Positions 9,950 to 18,741 of a stretch of DNA of 50,893 bases are shown piece after piece. The stretch's first letter is position 1. Each line of letters opens with the position of its first letter. This DNA comes from an uncultured bacterium (GTDB taxonomy: Bacteria > BMS3Abin14): assembly GCA_965603295.1 (NCBI GenBank), contig CBFDCL010000003.1:1-50893 (forward strand), written 5' to 3'. A program made the translations under genes and the position numbers. The notes under the pieces are model-generated. The model made no database searches and was not told the DNA's origin. It saw only the letters and a list, made by a program, of their open reading frames with translations.

Positions 9950-11351
9950 CCAGTTCCATTTCAGCCATGATCCTCCTGCTGACGAGGTCCACCTTCTGCA
10001 GGGTCCTCATTCCCGGCAGGACCACTAAGAGCGCCTTCTCCTGCAGATCGACAGTCATGTGCCCGGGGGCACCCTTGAGCCCGATGTAGTCAACTGGCAG
10101 GAGTACAGAGGGGTCGACTACGGCTACCTCGCTGCTTGACTCCCGGCCGACGTAGGCGAACCCGGAAAGTTCATCCACAGCGATGCACACGGACCCGTTG
10201 CCGACGTAGATCCTACCCATAACCGTCAGGGCACCCGTGTCTATCACCGTCAGGTTGGGGGAGTTCGGCCCCACGACGAAGAGCATCTCCTCCTTCGCGT
10301 CGAGGGCGGCTGCCAGCGGCGTGGTCTCCTCGATGGTAAGGGTGGCGGACAGGCTCCCCGTGGACAGGTCGATGACGGAAAGGGTACCCGAGAGGGAACA
10401 GGTGACGTAGGCCCGGGTGCCGTTCCTATTGACGATCACCGAAGTAGGACCACGGCCGACTTCGATGCGATCCGTCTCCACGGCCTGGAGAGGATCGATG
10501 ACGCTGATCGTTCCGGAGGCGTAGTTGGCCGTGAGCAAGGCCTGACCGTCACCGGACAGGGCCAGGTCCACCGGTTCGTCCCCGGAGCGCAGGATGATCC
10601 TCTCCCGGACGCCGCCACCGAAAACATCGATGACATCGACGGTGTCTTCACCCGTGACGGCCACATAGGCCCTGCTTCGGGCTGGATCCACGGCCATCGC
10701 CCTCGGATCCCTGCCGGTGGCCACCGCGCCTATCACCCGCAGGGTCTTCCGGTTAAAAACCGTGATCCGATCGCCCCCCGGGACTGTCAAATAGCCGATG
10801 AGGCTGGCAATTTCCCTGTCCGGGAGCGCCAACGAAAAATCGGGGGAAAAGGCGAATCCGTTGTCCACGATCCCCGCCGGATCGAGGGTGATAAACAGGG
10901 GCAGCACCTCCGAGTGGGCCAGCTCAAAAGGTGCCTTAATGACCAGGGGGTCTTCCGGGACGAGAAGGGCCGCGTCCCCTTCCTCTCCCTTCATGGAAGC
11001 ACCGCTGAAAGTTAGGGAAACCCCGCTGAAGGAATCGGGGGGCACGAATCCGGAGGCCAGCCATGTCTGCCTCCCCTCAAGGTCGGAGCCCCGGTAATGG
11101 TCGGCACGCAGACTCAGGGGCACCCGGGTGCCGTCGCGCCGGACAACTGACAGGTCACCTAAGGTCCAGGCGATCCTCCGGGCCTCCGGGGGTACGGGCT
11201 GAAGGTATACCTGCACCTCGGAGAGACCGTTCCTCGTCGGCCGGGTGGGAGCAGGCTGAGGTAGACAAGAGGAGGTCAGGATAACCGCTGCGAGTGCGGC
11301 CAGGACCCGGCTGGATAAAATACCGCCTCGAGCATACCGTTTGCGATCCAT
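9915..11351 (-). CDS. YVTN/YncE beta-propeller lipoprotein with an N-terminal beta-sandwich
   Basis: Lipobox TSSC; repeats RAYVAVTGEDTVDVID, ANYASGTISVID, RAYVTCSLSGTLSVID. Start set at MDRKRY; the ORF track starts at 11396. Confidence 0.8.
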   Translation of the reverse strand: MDRKRYARGGILSSRVLAALAAVILTSSCLPQPAPTRPTRNGLSEVQVYLQPVPPEARRIAWTLGDLSVVRRDGTRVPLSLRADHYRGSDLEGRQTWLASGFVPPDSFSGVSLTFSGASMKGEEGDAALLVPEDPLVIKAPFELAHSEVLPLFITLDPAGIVDNGFAFSPDFSLALPDREIASLIGYLTVPGGDRITVFNRKTLRVIGAVATGRDPRAMAVDPARSRAYVAVTGEDTVDVIDVFGGGVRERIILRSGDEPVDLALSGDGQALLTANYASGTISVIDPLQAVETDRIEVGRGPTSVIVNRNGTRAYVTCSLSGTLSVIDLSTGSLSATLTIEETTPLAAALDAKEEMLFVVGPNSPNLTVIDTGALTVMGRIYVGNGSVCIAVDELSGFAYVGRESSSEVAVVDPSVLLPVDYIGLKGAPGHMTVDLQEKALLVVLPGMRTLQKVDLVSRRIMAEMELDGAPSEVAVIE

Positions 11352-11556
11352 GGCTGCTTTGTTCCCCCTGTTTCCTCTTAAAGAACTGTTCCCCATTATT
11401 ACTTTATCTCATTACCATCTTTTTGCCACTTGTCCTGAAGAATCCCGTCCTCTTAAACCCCCACCCCATTAGCCGGGATCCGTATGTGCGGCAATTCGCC
11501 TTTCCCGTATCAGGTTCCTACGGGTTATGCAAAAAAGGTTATTCCCGGCAATACAT

Positions 11557-11581
11557 GGGGGGCCGGCAGTGCCGGCCCCCC
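11557..11581 (-). terminator. Strong GC hairpin directly after the omcS homologue (partial terminator or mRNA stabiliser)
   Basis: GGGGGGCCGGC-ACT-GCCGGCCCCCC; no immediate U-tract. Confidence 0.6.
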
Positions 11582-11614
11582 CTCAGCGATGTGAAACTCG
11601 ATGGTTATGGAAAA

Positions 11615-12790
11615 TCAGTCCTGGATGTGGCACTTGTTGCAGAGTGACCGCTGGTAGGGTCCGTACCTGGTTGCGATATCCTCTCCGTACCAGACGATGT
11701 CTCCAAACTCTTCGGCGATCGGGGACTCATCCAGAAGCTCTTCCCCGAAATCCCAGCGGCCGGCGTCCGCGAAGGGGCTGGCGTGGGCGCGGTGGCAGGT
11801 CAGGCACATGATGTTGGAGTTGATGTCCGGACCGTCTGTCCTGGTCGTGCTGAGGCTCGTCACGTCCGTAAGGCCACGCTCGAAGGGTACGAAGAAGTCG
11901 AAAGCGTCGGCAGGCTGAGGAGCCGGGAGAACATTGCCGGTGGCGCGGTACTGGTTGTAGGCGTCGCCGTACCCGTTCAGGTGGGCGTCGTTGCCGGCCG
12001 GGTGCCGGTGGGCGTTGGAGCCCTGGGCGTCAAAGCCCATGTGGCAGTTGGTGCACCACTCGGACATGCCATAACCGTAGTCGTTGTGCTCAGCGTCGGT
12101 GTCCGGAGCAGAGCTGCCAGCGGACACGGCGATGGGTGAAGGGTTGTCGAAGACAACGCCGCTGCCCGCGTCGTAACCGGTGGAGCCGAGAAGCCGGTAG
12201 TTACCCACGGCGGCTCCCGAAGGGGCCACGGCGCCGTAGGAACCGGACTCCGCGATGGGAAGACCGTCGGCGTTCTTGCCGTGGGGGTCGTGACAGCTCT
12301 CGCATCCCAGAGCGGACGAGGGGTAGGCGACTGCACCGCCATAGTTCGCCCGGACGGGAGCCGCGGTCAGGGTGACGTCAGCCGCCAGGCCGAAGTCCGC
12401 CGCGACGATGTTGTGGCCTTTTTGTTCACCCGCTACCGGGTGCCTGCCCAGTGTTCCGTCGACCGTCAGCCAGTAGAAGTCGCCACCGGCCTTGTAGTTC
12501 GAGCCGTCGGTGCTCAGCACGTGGTAGCTGGCGGCCCCGTCATGGCAGTACAGACAGGTCGAGGACGGGTCGGTCCCGGTCAGCAGGCTGGGCGTGGCGG
12601 TCTCTCCCACAACCCCAGGGGTGGGGAAGTCGTGCTGCGCGTAAACCACGCCATTCTGCGAGTTGTGCATGGTGTGGCACGCGTCGCAGTGAGCGACGCC
12701 GCCGCTGTGAAGCGCAAAGGCCGCGCTTCCAAAGCCCAGGGTCATCAGGGCCGCGACGGCGATGATCATACCAAGTTTAACTGCTTTCAT
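11615..12790 (-). CDS. omcS: Hexaheme OmcS-family extracellular cytochrome (nanowire subunit candidate)
   Basis: Six CxxCH motifs. Mature N-terminus LHSGGVAHCDACHTMHNS; internal GGDFYW, KGHNIVAAD, CESCHDPHGK, YGMSEWCTNCH, RHPAGN, CLTCHRAHAS; C-terminal PYQRSLCNKCHIQD. All match Geobacter OmcS as I recall it. ATG at 12790 follows AAGGAGG. Confidence 0.93.
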   Translation of the reverse strand: MKAVKLGMIIAVAALMTLGFGSAAFALHSGGVAHCDACHTMHNSQNGVVYAQHDFPTPGVVGETATPSLLTGTDPSSTCLYCHDGAASYHVLSTDGSNYKAGGDFYWLTVDGTLGRHPVAGEQKGHNIVAADFGLAADVTLTAAPVRANYGGAVAYPSSALGCESCHDPHGKNADGLPIAESGSYGAVAPSGAAVGNYRLLGSTGYDAGSGVVFDNPSPIAVSAGSSAPDTDAEHNDYGYGMSEWCTNCHMGFDAQGSNAHRHPAGNDAHLNGYGDAYNQYRATGNVLPAPQPADAFDFFVPFERGLTDVTSLSTTRTDGPDINSNIMCLTCHRAHASPFADAGRWDFGEELLDESPIAEEFGDIVWYGEDIATRYGPYQRSLCNKCHIQD

Positions 12791-12821
12791 TTCATCCTCC
12801 TTAGTGTGTTTGTAGAACCTC

Positions 12822-12910
12822 TCCGGCAGCCCGGCCGTCCTCTTTTTTGCCTGCATTCAAAGGACCCGAGGCTTTGTGTCCCCGCCTCGCGGCGGGTTTA
12901 CCCTTCTCGG
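12822..12910 (-). promoter_or_regulatory. c-di-GMP-I (GEMM-I) riboswitch upstream of the omcS homologue
   Basis: Minus strand: AAGGGTAAACCCGCC-GCGA-GGCGGGGACACAAAGCCTCGGGTCCT...AGGACGGCCGGGCTGCCG. Shows a GNRA tetraloop, the GYAAAC/GACRCAAAGC core and a P3 helix. Confidence 0.9.
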
Positions 12911-13071
12911 AAGATGTCCGTCCGGTAAAGATCCGGACAGGCGGTACAAATGCTCCTTTCTGCCCCTTTCTTCACCTCCTTTTCATTGGACGGGCGCGGC
13001 CCTTTCATCATGTCCGCTCGTTGCTTATGCGGACCGGCTGCCGCCCTCTTCGGGTTTCGTTTGCTTAACCT

Positions 13072-14031
13072 TTATTGACCGAGGGAAACCCTGAAGGCCT
13101 TAATGCCCCGGCTCCCCATCTGCGCAACGTAAACCTTCCCCGTTCCGTCAATATCCAGGTCCCTGGGAACTATGAGGCCGCCCGGACCAAAGCCCCGGTA
13201 GCCGAACTCGTAGCGGAAATTCAGCTCCGGACTGTAGATCATGATCACGGAACGGTTCCGGTCGCTAAGATAGATGTTCCCGCCCTCGTCAACGGCGATC
13301 CCGCTGACTATCGAGAACTTGCCCGCGGAACTGCCCGCTTCCCCGAACGTCTCAACCCGGCCGTCGACCGACACGCGGTAGACACTGAACAGGGTCGGGA
13401 TCGTGAAGAAAAGGCTCCCCTCACGGTCCACCGTGAATCCGAACATGGAGTTCTCGGCGTTCCCGCCGGCCTGTTTTTCATCCGGTTCCAGAACATCGGC
13501 GAACATATACCCGCGCTCGTACCGGCCGCCGCCATCGAACACGGCTACCCGAAGGGATTCCGTGTCGACAACGTAAAGTTGACCGCCGTTCCACAGGATC
13601 CGGTCGGGTCGCATGTCCGAAAAACCCTCAGGGATCCCCTTAAATTCCATCACCGAGACCGGTTCTCCACGATAATCGCAGTGATGAACGGTGCGACGGC
13701 CGCCGTCCCTCACGAGAACATCGATGCCCCCGTCCTCCCTGATCGCCAGATCCACCGGAAACCCCAGGTCCCGGTAAGACCCGGTCCGGTAAATCTCCAT
13801 GCCCACGCCGTTGAAAATCCGGATGTCACCTTCATGCAGGTCGAGAACGAAGACCTCTCCTGTACCGCGGTCCACTTTCAGCCGGACGTTGTTGTACGGA
13901 ATAGAGCCGGAAAAGTTGGAAAGTTTATAGAGTGGCTTGACCTTCACGCTGGAAGCCGAGCTTGTCTCTAGCCCCGGGATCAAGATAATAAAGGAACAAA
14001 TTACAAGCTTTATGATAAGGAATCTTTTCAT
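13072..14031 (-). CDS. Secreted NHL-repeat beta-propeller protein, first gene of the operon
   Basis: Signal peptide; FGEAGSSAGKF..VSGIAVD..GNIYLSD and FGYRGFGPGGLIVPRDLDID motifs. Confidence 0.9.
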   Translation of the reverse strand: MKRFLIIKLVICSFIILIPGLETSSASSVKVKPLYKLSNFSGSIPYNNVRLKVDRGTGEVFVLDLHEGDIRIFNGVGMEIYRTGSYRDLGFPVDLAIREDGGIDVLVRDGGRRTVHHCDYRGEPVSVMEFKGIPEGFSDMRPDRILWNGGQLYVVDTESLRVAVFDGGGRYERGYMFADVLEPDEKQAGGNAENSMFGFTVDREGSLFFTIPTLFSVYRVSVDGRVETFGEAGSSAGKFSIVSGIAVDEGGNIYLSDRNRSVIMIYSPELNFRYEFGYRGFGPGGLIVPRDLDIDGTGKVYVAQMGSRGIKAFRVSLGQ

Positions 14032-14045
14032 GGTGATTCTTTCAA

Positions 14046-14061
14046 AGCAAATGCTGTGCCA
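14046..14061 (-). promoter_or_regulatory. Sigma-54 (-24/-12) promoter of the nanowire operon
   Basis: TGGCAC-AGCAT-TTGCT, an exact match to TGGCAC-N5-TTGC. Confidence 0.85.
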
Positions 14062-14131
14062 TTCTTGCGAAAACTTTTATCCTTAAAAAACAGATTGTTA
14101 CGTGGTTACGATATTGCGCTATCTGATTGGT

Positions 14132-14167
14132 TGGGTATTTGACCACTCTTGATTGGTCAAATGCCCA
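14132..14167. promoter_or_regulatory. Inverted repeat, candidate enhancer (UAS) for the sigma-54 activator
   Basis: TGGGTATTTGACCA-N8-TGGTCAAATGCCCA (13/14 inverted match), about 100-130 bp upstream of the predicted start site. Confidence 0.6.
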
Positions 14168-14264
14168 TATGATATTCGAAGAATCTTTATCACAGCGGAG
14201 AAAATGACAAGTAAACAGCTAGAAATTATACGATTATTCGTATTCTGAATTCCAGTCAGTGAAA

Positions 14265-14280
14265 TGGTATGAAATTTGAA
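14265..14280 (+). promoter_or_regulatory. Possible divergent sigma-54 promoter
   Basis: TGGTAT-GAAAT-TTGAA; correct spacing, but GA instead of GC at -12. Confidence 0.4.
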
Positions 14281-14467
14281 TATACACCAGTGGAGCAGTG
14301 GGTGGGGAGACAGGTGAACATCTATTCCGGAAACAAGTCAAACTCATTACCAGGACAGGTTGGACCGCCGTTTTCTCTCCATCCCCAAGCATGAAGATAG
14401 ACCGTTCATCTCACAGGGGAAACGGCGCCGTTTAACGAAACGATCAAAACAACAGGAGGTTCCTGGC

Positions 14468-15160
14468 ATGCTTGAAACTGATAGCTGTGGCAGTCATTGC
14501 GTTTTGATCGTTGACGATGACCGACTGACAGCCCTGGCGCTCATAAGGGCGCTTAAGGCCGATGACCTGAACATTCTTGCCGTCGCAGAAAGTTCCAGCG
14601 CGCTTTCCGAAATTCGGGCCAAATCCTACTCGCTGGTTTTTCTGGAGATCGGTATCGCCGATGGGACGGGCATGACCATCCTGCATGAGATCAGCCGTTT
14701 TTCCCCTTCCACCAATATTGTTGTCATGTCGGCGGGGATTCTTAACGGGGAGGAGGAGAACGCCATCATTGGATACGGCCACTTTTTTCTGCCCAAGCCG
14801 TTCGAACTCCTGCAGGTCAGGACCATGACGAGGAGGATATTGTCTGAAACATCCAATGTGAGGGCAGATGCCGTTCACTGGGAAACGGAGGGGAAACAGA
14901 AGAGGCGTTCGGAAAGGCAGCATCGATCCGGTCAGGTCATCTTTGTGCCGGACCCTGCCAAGTCTTATCCGGGAAAACCATCACGTTTTGCCGCCGAGAT
15001 CGTGGATATCAGCCCCGAAGGCATGGGAATCCGGACCGATCTTCCCCTTCCCCCCGGACAGACATTGTCTTTTACTGACGACACTGGCACGATGGAAGGG
15101 GCTGTGCGTTGGAGTATGGTCTACGAGAACCGGTTCCGATCCGGCCTTCAGTTTGTGTGA
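14468..15160 (+). CDS. Receiver (D-to-E pseudo-receiver) plus PilZ domain protein
   Basis: VLIVDDD...LVFLEIG...FLPKPF receiver; RRSER and DISPEG PilZ motifs; ATG after GGAGG. Confidence 0.85.
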   Translation: MLETDSCGSHCVLIVDDDRLTALALIRALKADDLNILAVAESSSALSEIRAKSYSLVFLEIGIADGTGMTILHEISRFSPSTNIVVMSAGILNGEEENAIIGYGHFFLPKPFELLQVRTMTRRILSETSNVRADAVHWETEGKQKRRSERQHRSGQVIFVPDPAKSYPGKPSRFAAEIVDISPEGMGIRTDLPLPPGQTLSFTDDTGTMEGAVRWSMVYENRFRSGLQFV

Positions 15161-15357
15161 ATTGAGAAAAGTTGGACGGTTGACGTTTGAAGTTTGATAT
15201 AAGCTGTGATCCGTGATTGGCTTGCTAGGCCAAAGCTTTAGCAAAGGCGGGTGATCAGTGATCAGTTTTCACTGTCCCCTGTCCCCCGTTCCCTGTTCCC
15301 CGTTCCCCGTTCACTGTTTACTGTTCACCAGTTTTCAGCAACAGGGACACTTTTCAT

Positions 15358-18300
15358 ATGAGACATTTTTTCCCGATCCTCATCTACCCGATGTTCTTCC
15401 TGTCAGGCGCAGCGGCGCTCATGTACCAGGTCGTATGGGTCCGTTCTTTAAGCCTGGTCTTCGGAGGATCCCATCTTGCGGTGGCCACCGTCCTGTCGGT
15501 TTTTATGGCCGGCCTGGCCATTGGCGGTTATACCATCGGACGATATGCGGATCGGGTTAAAAATCAGTTGAGACTCTACGGCTGGCTTGAGATCGGGATC
15601 GCCCTTTTCGCAGTTCTGTTCTTCTTCTTAAACAGAGCCTACCCGGACATCTACAGGTTCCTGGCAAAGGGCAAGGACGACGCCTATCTCTACCTGACCC
15701 TCATCAGGATCCTCTTTTCAGTCGTTGTTCTTATCCCTCCGACGGTCCTCATGGGGGGCACCCTCCCTGTCTTGACGCGGCTTGTTTCGAGGCAACCAAG
15801 GTCGCTGCGCAAACACCTCTCCTTTCTTTACGGAATCAACACCTTTGGTGCCGTGCTTGGAGCCCTCACTGCCGGGTTCTATTTCCTTCGTTTTTATTCC
15901 GTTACAACGACACTTGCCTTGGCTATCGCCCTAAATATATCTATAGGAATCATCAGTCTCCTCCTGCAGCGCAAAAGGCAAGAGGTGCTTCAGGCGGATA
16001 AGGAAACAGTGGTACAGAAAGAAGCGGTGCCGATCGGTTCAGATTTCCATGAAAAATGCGAAGATAAGGTGAACCTCCTGCCCTTGAGGCTTGTGCTGCT
16101 GGGAGCGGGGGTCAGTGGTTTCTGTGCACTGGGATACGAGGTCCTCTGGACCAGGATGCTTGCCGTTGTGAGCGGTGCTACTGTCTATGCGTTTACCACG
16201 ATGCTGGCCGCTTTCCTGACCGGCATCGCCCTTGGAAGCGCCGTATTCGGTCTTATCCCGGGTGTCTTCCAGGTACGGGACAAGGGTGTTAAGAAATCTG
16301 TAGTGTGGTTCGGCATTATCCAGGTCGCCATCGGGATCCTGGCCCTCGTCGTGACGGTGCTGATCGGGGACCTGCCTGAAAATATGGTGCGAGTGCACAA
16401 CTTTTTAGCCGACCTGGGACTGACACCCGCGGAGGTAAGGATGCGGGCCAACTTCATCCTTGCCTTTACTTACATGCTCCTTCCAACCTTCTTCATGGGG
16501 GTCGCCTTTCCCCTTGCCGGTAAGATTCACGCCGCCCACAGGAAAAGGATTGGAGCTGCTGTGGGGGAGGTGTTGTTCTACAACACCGTCGGTGCGATCC
16601 TGGGAGCCACCATCAGCGGATTTGTTCTTATCTCCCTCTTCGGCATTGAGCGGTCCCTGCAGATGCTTGTTACTGTCAATATCGGGTTCGGTATTCTCGT
16701 GTGGGTCAGCGTTAGGGGCAAAAAGTTCTGGAACTGGTCCGTTGCAGCAGGGATGGCCGGTTTCCTGATCTTTCTCTCCCTCGATCAAAATACCTGGAAG
16801 CTCTGGAACAATGATCACTTTGCCATATTCCGCAGCAACGAGATGGCGAACTTTTTCGCACCGGAGCTGATCCCGCTGATGTCCGAATTTACCAATGTCC
16901 TGTATTACGGCGAAGGTCTGGAGACCATTGTAACCGTAACGAATGTCGGTGACAGGCACCAGAGTCTTATCGTTAACGGCAAGGTTGTGGCCACAAACAT
17001 ACCGCAGGACCTGCAGCTGCAGTTTTCCCTCGGGCACCTGCCCATGCTGCTCCATCCGGATCCCAAAAGGGTCCTGGTCGTCGGATTGGGCACCGGGATG
17101 ACCCTGGGCGCAGCCTCGGTCCACCCGAACGTCGAGGAACTTATCCTCGCCGAGATTGAACAAAAAGTGGTTCCCGCTGCCAGAACATTCGGGGACCTAA
17201 ACCACCATGTCCTGGACAACCCGAGCCTGAAGATCATTTATAACGACGGACGTAATTTCCTTTATACGACTGACTACAAGTTTGACGTCATCACCGCTGA
17301 TCCGATCCATCCCTGGGCGCAGGGGGCCAGCTACCTTTACACAGAAGAGTACTACAGGACAGTTTTAAAACATTTGTCCCCCAACGGCATAATGTGTCAA
17401 TGGCTCCCCCTCTACGAGTTATCAACCGTTGATTGGCGGTCTGTCGTGACTACGTTCCGTTCTGTTTTTCCGGAGGTTATGTTGTGGGTTACCCATTCTG
17501 ATGGCATACTGATCGGCAGCAAAGACCGGATTTTACTGGATGAACCGTACCTGGATAGCAGAATCGCCCACCCTGAGATCCATAAAGATCTGGCTCCTTT
17601 AATGATGGGGTCATCTGCGGATCTTCTGAGCTATTTTGTGTCAGGGACCGACGGATTGGAAAAATTCAGCAGCGGCGGCGTCCTTAATACGGACAATAAC
17701 CTTTACCTTGAATTTTCCGCTCCTCTCTCAGTGGGGATGCCCCGTGCGGGAAAAAATCTCAAAACCATCGTCACCTACCGGGAATCCATTCTACCCTACC
17801 TGACGCTTGCCAGTGGCAATGCACTTTCTGAAGGTCAGATCAGGCACTGGAAAACCATGGAAAAGGCAGCACGGTTGACCGATCAGGCTCAAATCCTGGT
17901 CTTGGAGGACAACTACAGGAGTGAGGAGTACGGGAGGCTGGCTTCCCTTCTGGATGAGAATTTTCCCGAGTACCCACCCTGGAAGTTTCTCAAAACCCAG
18001 GTTGCACGAAAGATCAGGTACATGGCCGCCCCTCTTCAGGGAATCAAGCTCATCTTTTCGGGCAAAGAGAAAGAGGAAATCATCGTTGCCATTTCAGCAA
18101 CAAAGATTACGTTGAGTGATGACGTGTCCGTGATCGTTCTTGCGGATCAAAATAAAAAAATTAAAGGTTATTTCAGGAACTTGAGTAGGGCTGACAATAC
18201 CAGCGCCCTGGTGGGCGCAAACCAGGTGCTGATTAAGATCAGAGAGATTTACCAGAAACAGATCAGAATAGCCGCTCAGGAGGGATTGAAGTATCCGGAT

Positions 18301-18363
18301 CAGAAAAGGACCATGGGAAAGATCGACAAATATCTGGGAAGTCTATCGAAAAGGATAAATTAA
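15358..18363 (+). CDS. Multi-pass membrane protein fused to a spermidine-synthase-like domain
   Basis: FLSGAAALMYQVVWVR transmembrane repeats; VLVVGLGTGMT, EIEQKVV, DGRNFL, FDVITADP motifs. Confidence 0.9.
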   Translation: MRHFFPILIYPMFFLSGAAALMYQVVWVRSLSLVFGGSHLAVATVLSVFMAGLAIGGYTIGRYADRVKNQLRLYGWLEIGIALFAVLFFFLNRAYPDIYRFLAKGKDDAYLYLTLIRILFSVVVLIPPTVLMGGTLPVLTRLVSRQPRSLRKHLSFLYGINTFGAVLGALTAGFYFLRFYSVTTTLALAIALNISIGIISLLLQRKRQEVLQADKETVVQKEAVPIGSDFHEKCEDKVNLLPLRLVLLGAGVSGFCALGYEVLWTRMLAVVSGATVYAFTTMLAAFLTGIALGSAVFGLIPGVFQVRDKGVKKSVVWFGIIQVAIGILALVVTVLIGDLPENMVRVHNFLADLGLTPAEVRMRANFILAFTYMLLPTFFMGVAFPLAGKIHAAHRKRIGAAVGEVLFYNTVGAILGATISGFVLISLFGIERSLQMLVTVNIGFGILVWVSVRGKKFWNWSVAAGMAGFLIFLSLDQNTWKLWNNDHFAIFRSNEMANFFAPELIPLMSEFTNVLYYGEGLETIVTVTNVGDRHQSLIVNGKVVATNIPQDLQLQFSLGHLPMLLHPDPKRVLVVGLGTGMTLGAASVHPNVEELILAEIEQKVVPAARTFGDLNHHVLDNPSLKIIYNDGRNFLYTTDYKFDVITADPIHPWAQGASYLYTEEYYRTVLKHLSPNGIMCQWLPLYELSTVDWRSVVTTFRSVFPEVMLWVTHSDGILIGSKDRILLDEPYLDSRIAHPEIHKDLAPLMMGSSADLLSYFVSGTDGLEKFSSGGVLNTDNNLYLEFSAPLSVGMPRAGKNLKTIVTYRESILPYLTLASGNALSEGQIRHWKTMEKAARLTDQAQILVLEDNYRSEEYGRLASLLDENFPEYPPWKFLKTQVARKIRYMAAPLQGIKLIFSGKEKEEIIVAISATKITLSDDVSVIVLADQNKKIKGYFRNLSRADNTSALVGANQVLIKIREIYQKQIRIAAQEGLKYPDQKRTMGKIDKYLGSLSKRIN

Positions 18364-18741
18364 TCGGGGATTGAAAAATGAGGATTTTTGTCTGCCGTTT
18401 GCATTTTACTGTTTGCTGTTTGAAGTTAAGTTCCATGATTGGAAATTTGCCCGCTCTGAGCAAGTGTCCACTCGTCGAAGGGCAATTTGTGATTGATTTT
18501 TTCCGATCACCAGTCCCCAGCCTGTCCTGACCCTTGCGAAGGATCACTAATCACTGCTTGTGTCCTCTGGACCTTGGACCAACTTTCGCTCAAGGCAACC
18601 GATGACAATGACAAGATAATGGTCAGACACCTAACGCAGTTTTAGCCCGCTGTTGATATTCTTCCAATCGGGATTATGCTTGTAATATAAAGGACCCGGG
18701 GCGAAGCAGCCCCGTTCTTATTCTCCGGGAGAAAGGCACCC

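Noticed and set aside
12791-12856. Longer omcS N-terminus given by the ORF track
   Set aside because: It lies inside the riboswitch; the SD and signal peptide point to ATG 12790.
12911-13071. Second (tandem) GEMM riboswitch
   Set aside because: I found no GYAAAC...GNRA...RCAAAGC core in this stretch.
920-13971. Long plus-strand ORFs opposite the nanowire operon (e.g. 920-1624, 6498-7220, 13075-13971)
   Set aside because: Antisense shadows of GC-rich genes, with no recognisable motifs.
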